Source: Flavobacteriales bacterium (GTDB taxonomy: Bacteria; Bacteroidota; Bacteroidia; Palsa-965). Taken from it: 54,931 nt of DNA. The stretch lies in NCBI GenBank assembly GCA_002737665.1, contig NSIF01000005.1, positions 1 through 54,931 of the forward strand. Reading direction: 5' to 3'. Numbering within the stretch: position 1 is the stretch's first letter; the number at the start of each line of letters is the position of its first letter. Both the position numbers and the translations under genes were made by a program. This document shows, piece by piece, positions 50,768-54,931 of this stretch. The notes under the pieces are model-generated. The model was not told the origin of the DNA. It saw only the letters and a program-made list of their open reading frames with translations, and made no database searches.

Positions 50768-50775
50768 TAATTTTG
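50768..50775 (+). promoter_or_regulatory. Bacteroidetes-type -7 box (TAATTTTG) for gmk
   Basis: Exact TAnnTTTG, 4 nt upstream of ATG 50780. Confidence 0.45.
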
Positions 50776-50779
50776 GGGT

Positions 50780-51364
50780 ATGTCAGCAACTGGTAAACTC
50801 GTTATTTTTTCGGCTCCCTCTGGTGCAGGTAAAACCACGATTGTTCATCGACTAATTTCAGAAATTCCAACACTGAATTTTTCTGTGTCAGCGTCAAGCC
50901 GACAATTACGTGGGGACGAAACGCATGGAGTTGATTATTACTTTATTTCTCCAGCGGAGTTTCAAGCAAAAATCGAAGCTGATAAATTTGTTGAGTGGGA
51001 AGAAGTTTATCCAGATCAAATGTATGGAACATTAACTTCGGAGATTGAACGCATTTGGCGCAAAGGACATCATGTAATTTTTGATGTAGATGTGAAAGGT
51101 GGGATCAACCTAAAAAGAAAATTTGGAGCTGCTGCTCTAAGTATTTTTGTTCGTCCACCGTCCATGATTGAATTAGAAACCCGCCTTCGCTTACGAGCTA
51201 CTGAATCCAATGAGAAAATTAAAATGAGATTAGAAAAAGCTGCGAGCGAACTCGCTTTCGAAACACATTTTGATTATGTTCTCATTAACGACAATTTAGA
51301 GGAAGCGGTAACAGAAGCGATGCGTGTAGTAAATACTTTTTTAAATAAAAACGAGATTACATAG
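50780..51364 (+). CDS. gmk: guanylate kinase
   Basis: P-loop SAPSGAGKTT and the GVDYYF motif. 194 aa. Confidence 0.93.
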   Translation: MSATGKLVIFSAPSGAGKTTIVHRLISEIPTLNFSVSASSRQLRGDETHGVDYYFISPAEFQAKIEADKFVEWEEVYPDQMYGTLTSEIERIWRKGHHVIFDVDVKGGINLKRKFGAAALSIFVRPPSMIELETRLRLRATESNEKIKMRLEKAASELAFETHFDYVLINDNLEEAVTEAMRVVNTFLNKNEIT

Positions 51365-51382
51365 TACGTTTTATTAATTGAC

Positions 51383-51973
51383 ATGCAATTGAAAATAGGT
51401 TTGTTTTTCGGTTCGTTTAACCCCGTTCACGTTGGTCACCTTGTGTTGGCGAATTATATGCTAGAATTTACTGAATTAGATCGCATATGGTTTGTTATTT
51501 CTCCTCACAATCCTCTAAAAGAAAAAGTATCGTTACTCAAAGAAAACCATCGACTGCAAATGGTACGCATCGCTATCAGCGAGTCTTCAAAAATGAAAGC
51601 CAGTAACGTTGAATTCAAACTTCCACAACCATCTTACACCGTTAATACATTAGCGCATCTTACAGAAAATTTTCCTGATCATAATTTTTCACTCATCATG
51701 GGTGCTGATAATTTGCAATCACTCACAAAGTGGAAGAATTACGAATACATTCTTAAACATCACAAAATTTTTGTCTATCCACGGCCTGGGTCAGATGGCG
51801 GTGAATTAAAAGTACATCCATCAATACATTTCACCGAAGCTCCCGTAGTGGAATTATCTTCAACCTTTTTAAGAAAAGCTGTTTCAGAAAAAAAAGATAT
51901 TCGTCATTTTTTACCCGCAGGCGTTTGGGAATACCTAAAAGAAATGAATTTCTATAAAAAAATTAGTGGATAG
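51383..51973 (+). CDS. nadD: nicotinate-nucleotide adenylyltransferase
   Basis: GSFNPVHVGH nucleotidyltransferase motif. 196 aa. Confidence 0.9.
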   Translation: MQLKIGLFFGSFNPVHVGHLVLANYMLEFTELDRIWFVISPHNPLKEKVSLLKENHRLQMVRIAISESSKMKASNVEFKLPQPSYTVNTLAHLTENFPDHNFSLIMGADNLQSLTKWKNYEYILKHHKIFVYPRPGSDGGELKVHPSIHFTEAPVVELSSTFLRKAVSEKKDIRHFLPAGVWEYLKEMNFYKKISG

Positions 51974-53168
51974 AAATAAGTTTTGTAACAATCCCCTCCG
52001 CTGCCCTAATTTGCACAAAATAATTTCCAGGGTTTAACTTTTCCAAATTCACGTTTAGGATTTGCTTTCCAGCCTGAACATATGCTTCTTGTTCAAAAAC
52101 ACGTTGTCCTAATTGGTCAACAACAATTAAATTAATTGTTTGTGAACGTACTGTTGTAATATTCAATTCAAATTCGCCAGCATTAGGATTTGGAAATATA
52201 TGTATGGAATTTGGCACTAAACTATTCTCGTTATTTGTAGTTACACAATTGTTGCAATTTGTTTGTGTATATAAACCTGCAACCGAAAGGCAAAAACAAT
52301 CGTTCCCTGACGAAACGGAAAAATTGCAGGTACTTTGTGCCTGAATAATTGTGGTTGAATCTGAAATATAATTATACCAATCTTCCAGCACGCCAAAAGA
52401 AGGTCCATTATTCATTGATAATGTTGCTCCTAAATTTTGCAAATCAGCAACAATCATGAAGGTGCTTGAAAAAGCAGATGTTGCACAGGCATTAAACCCA
52501 ATCATCGAATGCTGGGCTGTTCCGGAAAGCATCACTAAACATCCGTCATCAATATGTATACTTCCTGTATAGGTAGCAGAAACATCCTTGTAAATTATCA
52601 TTAATGTTGCTCCTTCCACATCACTCCCAGAGATTGAAGTGCCAACAGGAAGCCCGCTAATTATATAATTTCCATTACCACTGATACAACTTGTAACATC
52701 TGCACGATAGGAATAGGTGCCCGGAAAGCCCCAGCACAAATCAATATCTTGCCCGGTATTAGTCATAAGAAAATTTGAAGTATTTGATGCAGGATTGGTA
52801 ATGGTTGCTGTAATTGGTCCGCCATTTCCAACTGCTACACACCATAAATAAGCCTTTTCAATTTGAGCATTGACAGGAATAGCAGTTATGGGAAAAGGTG
52901 CTGGCTGTACAACTCCAACTGGTGTAACCCGCTGACTAAGTTTAAGAGAATATTGAGTATAATTTAATCCACATAATGTGGTATCATACAAAAAACCAAG
53001 GCTGCCATTACCATCCTGAACGTCAGGATCCAACTGTTTTTGTGCCGACTGCAACTTAGCATTAAATGCTCCGTTCGGAATTATTACTGATTGTGGAGCT
53101 GCTGATTGTGCAACTATTTTTAAACTTCCGAGTACAAAAAATAATACGACTAATTTTACAGCTTTCAT
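51963..53168 (-). CDS. Cys-rich secreted protein of unknown function with T9SS C-terminal sorting domain
   Basis: Signal peptide ...LKIVA|Q. CTD IHIFPNPNAGEFELNIT...GNYFVQIRA...KLISIH. Its 3' end overlaps the nadD 3' end by 11 nt. Confidence 0.7.
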   Translation of the reverse strand: MKAVKLVVLFFVLGSLKIVAQSAAPQSVIIPNGAFNAKLQSAQKQLDPDVQDGNGSLGFLYDTTLCGLNYTQYSLKLSQRVTPVGVVQPAPFPITAIPVNAQIEKAYLWCVAVGNGGPITATITNPASNTSNFLMTNTGQDIDLCWGFPGTYSYRADVTSCISGNGNYIISGLPVGTSISGSDVEGATLMIIYKDVSATYTGSIHIDDGCLVMLSGTAQHSMIGFNACATSAFSSTFMIVADLQNLGATLSMNNGPSFGVLEDWYNYISDSTTIIQAQSTCNFSVSSGNDCFCLSVAGLYTQTNCNNCVTTNNENSLVPNSIHIFPNPNAGEFELNITTVRSQTINLIVVDQLGQRVFEQEAYVQAGKQILNVNLEKLNPGNYFVQIRAAEGIVTKLISIH

Positions 53169-53205
53169 TGTTCAATTTTATAAATTAAGTAAAAATATTT
53201 TGAAC

Positions 53206-53480
53206 TTATTGAATCCCCAGATTTTTTGTAAAAACAGATTCTTTTATTTGTACTTGAACAAAACAAACTCCGGAATTTAAATCGGACAAATTTAAATCAA
53301 AATTACTATTTCCTGCCGCTTTTCTTTCTTCTTTTGAACAAACAATTTGTCCTAAATTATTGAAGACGGAAACAAGAATATTTTGTGAGTTTGATAATGT
53401 CAAGCAGAAGTTCCTATAACTGGCCTGAGCAAAAGTCACGATTGGGAAAGCAGTAAAATAATGTGTAGACTTTTTTTCAT
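53206..53480 (-). pseudogene. frameshifted mini-ORF: signal peptide fused directly to a T9SS C-terminal sorting domain
   Basis: ATG 53480 reads MKKSLHIILLLSQS then TGA (53438-53436). A different frame continues VTFAQASYRNF... through a complete CTD-like 70 aa (NLGQIV...DLNLSDLNSGVCFVQVQ...NLGIQ). A single-nt change restores a 91-aa ORF. Confidence 0.6.
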
Positions 53481-53520
53481 GAAATAAATTATTAATTAGG
53501 TATTAATTTTTTGCTAAGTT

Positions 53521-53528
53521 CAAATATA
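53521..53528 (-). promoter_or_regulatory. Bacteroidetes-type -7 box (TATATTTG) upstream of the mini T9SS-CTD ORF
   Basis: Exact TAnnTTTG on the minus strand, 40 nt upstream of ATG 53480. Confidence 0.4.
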
Positions 53529-53601
53529 CAAAAACCCTTATATATTGATTTCAAATAACCCAAAAATGAGGCATGATTTGAAGTGTTCTCGAAAAAAATA
53601 T

Positions 53602-54303
53602 CTAATTTATTTTGGCGCTCATCAATGAAAGTAGCGATTGAAAAATATAGGCTCCGTCCGTATTCCCTAATTCTATATCAGCTGCGCGTTCTGGATGAGG
53701 CATCATTCCAAAAACGTTTTTTGTAGCATTACAAATTCCCGCAATATTTTCTATCGAACCGTTGGGATTGCCAGTCTCATTAAGATCTCCGTTTTCATCA
53801 CAATAACGGAAAAGAATTTGTCCATTAGTATTCATTTCAGTCAAGATATTTGCAGCTGCAAAATACTTTCCTTCACCATGAGCTATTGGAATTTTAAGTG
53901 CTTTATCCTGCGGAACCATTTTAGTCAAAAGGGTTTCTTTAGTTTGCACTTTTACAAAAACATTTTTACAAATAAATTTTCTTTCTGAGTTGTGTAATAA
54001 GGCGCCAGGGAGTAGCCCAGCTTCACATAAAATTTGGAATCCATTACAAACACCAAATACATAACCGCCTTTCCCTGCAAACTCAATTACTTTTTCCATA
54101 ATTGGCGCAAAACGAGCAATGGCACCGGAGCGCAAATAATCACCGTAAGAAAATCCACCTGGTAGAACTACAATATCAACTCCTTTTAGGTCGGTGTCTT
54201 TATGCCAAAGCTCCACAACTTCTTGCTTCATAATTGACCCAAGAACATAAATCATGTCTTGATCGCAATTTGAACCTGGAAAAATAACAACGCCGAATTT
54301 CAT
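53602..54303 (-). CDS. purQ: phosphoribosylformylglycinamidine synthase, glutaminase subunit PurQ
   Basis: Class I amidotransferase triad context: GVCNGFQIL nucleophile elbow and MMPHPER. 233 aa. Confidence 0.92.
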   Translation of the reverse strand: MKFGVVIFPGSNCDQDMIYVLGSIMKQEVVELWHKDTDLKGVDIVVLPGGFSYGDYLRSGAIARFAPIMEKVIEFAGKGGYVFGVCNGFQILCEAGLLPGALLHNSERKFICKNVFVKVQTKETLLTKMVPQDKALKIPIAHGEGKYFAAANILTEMNTNGQILFRYCDENGDLNETGNPNGSIENIAGICNATKNVFGMMPHPERAADIELGNTDGAYIFQSLLSLMSAKIN

Positions 54304-54329
54304 ACAATTGAGATTAACCTAATGAACAA

Positions 54330-54337
54330 CAAAGGTA
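54330..54337 (-). promoter_or_regulatory. Bacteroidetes-type -7 box (TACCTTTG) for purQ
   Basis: Exact TAnnTTTG on the minus strand, 26 nt upstream of ATG 54303. Confidence 0.4.
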
Positions 54338-54376
54338 AGTGAAAACCACATTTCAAATGCTAACTAAATTTACGTA

Positions 54377-54931
54377 TTAAAAAACAATCCATTTTAGATG
54401 AATTGCATACGTACAACCAATACTTAGCAGTAATGTTAAAAAAATAAATTCGGACAGCCATGCTCGCCGTGCTTGAAGAAAATAATTTCCACAAAAAATG
54501 GATATTGGAAAGAAAGCGAAAATAATTCCTGCAACAGAAAGATTCTGTGCTACCAATAAACCAAGAATTGCAAAAACAAGAAACCAAATCATAACAGAAA
54601 TACCCGTTTTTGTTTTAAGGGCAGAGGAGTCGGCTCCCGTCAAAAATTTTAAAGCGGAAACAAGAAATAGAAAAGCCAATGCTGCTACTATACAATAAAA
54701 CTCTTGCGGAATATTTATAAAAAAAGCTCTATTTATAATTGGAATAACAACAAGCTCTTGCCATTTAATGTAAAGTTGGTTGTGCCAAAAATAATAAACA
54801 CATACATAAATCGGCACAATGGTACTGCCAAGTAACATTATCATCCATTCCCTAAACGTAAAAGGCCGAAGCAAAATAATAGAAATAATAGAAAATAATA
54901 CAAAGACAATTGATGGAAAATAAAATAAAGT
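54377..54931 (-). CDS. hypothetical polytopic membrane protein (5' end outside window)
   Basis: The frame stays open from 54874 (a TTG in the ORF track) to the window edge. There are at least 5 hydrophobic helices and no recognisable motif. Confidence 0.5.
   Translation of the reverse strand, partial: TLFYFPSIVFVLFSIISIILLRPFTFREWMIMLLGSTIVPIYVCVYYFWHNQLYIKWQELVVIPIINRAFFINIPQEFYCIVAALAFLFLVSALKFLTGADSSALKTKTGISVMIWFLVFAILGLLVAQNLSVAGIIFAFFPISIFCGNYFLQARRAWLSEFIFLTLLLSIGCTYAIHLKWIVF

Noticed and set aside
1-54931. Search for CRISPR arrays, tRNA/rRNA genes, transposases, integrases, phage genes, toxin-antitoxin or restriction/defence modules
   Set aside because: No repeat-spacer periodicity was seen. 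The only GC-rich structured intergenic block is 7268-7378. No ORF carries DDE, tyrosine-recombinase, reverse-transcriptase, nuclease-helicase or methyltransferase-restriction signatures. The window reads as core chromosome.

Overview
The window is a densely coded, AT-rich chromosomal segment of about 50 genes, almost certainly from a Bacteroidota bacterium. Evidence for that assignment: four ORFs end in type-A T9SS C-terminal sorting domains, a PorX-type REC+PglZ regulator is present, exact TAnnTTTG -7 promoter boxes sit in front of many genes, and signal peptides end in A-Q. Most genes are core housekeeping: fumC, prfB, recX, queE, secA, tsaE, hppD/hmgA, trhO, cysS, polA, yicC-gmk-nadD and purQ. 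They are mixed with envelope and secreted proteins: OmpA/TPR/PD40 proteins, a 1128-aa propeller-plus-barrel protein, and M4 and M43 T9SS metalloproteases. I found no rRNA, tRNA, CRISPR array, transposase, integrase, phage gene or recognisable defence or toxin island, and I do not see a clear novel multi-gene system. Six items are worth a second look. (1) An isolated 59% GC, about 115-nt structured intergenic element next to prfB, which is a candidate unclassified small RNA. (2) The prfB +1 programmed frameshift site with an AGGAGG stimulator, which the ORF track misses. (3) A frameshifted mini-gene that is only a signal peptide plus a T9SS sorting domain, beside a Cys-rich T9SS protein of unknown function. 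(4) Near-universal Gln at predicted signal-peptidase sites, together with a glutaminyl-cyclase-like lipoprotein. (5) -7 boxes 3-5 nt from start codons, implying leaderless mRNAs. (6) A strong Shine-Dalgarno-like site with a micro-ORF in the long leader of a DUF2795 gene. All functional calls come from motif recognition by eye, and no database search was run.
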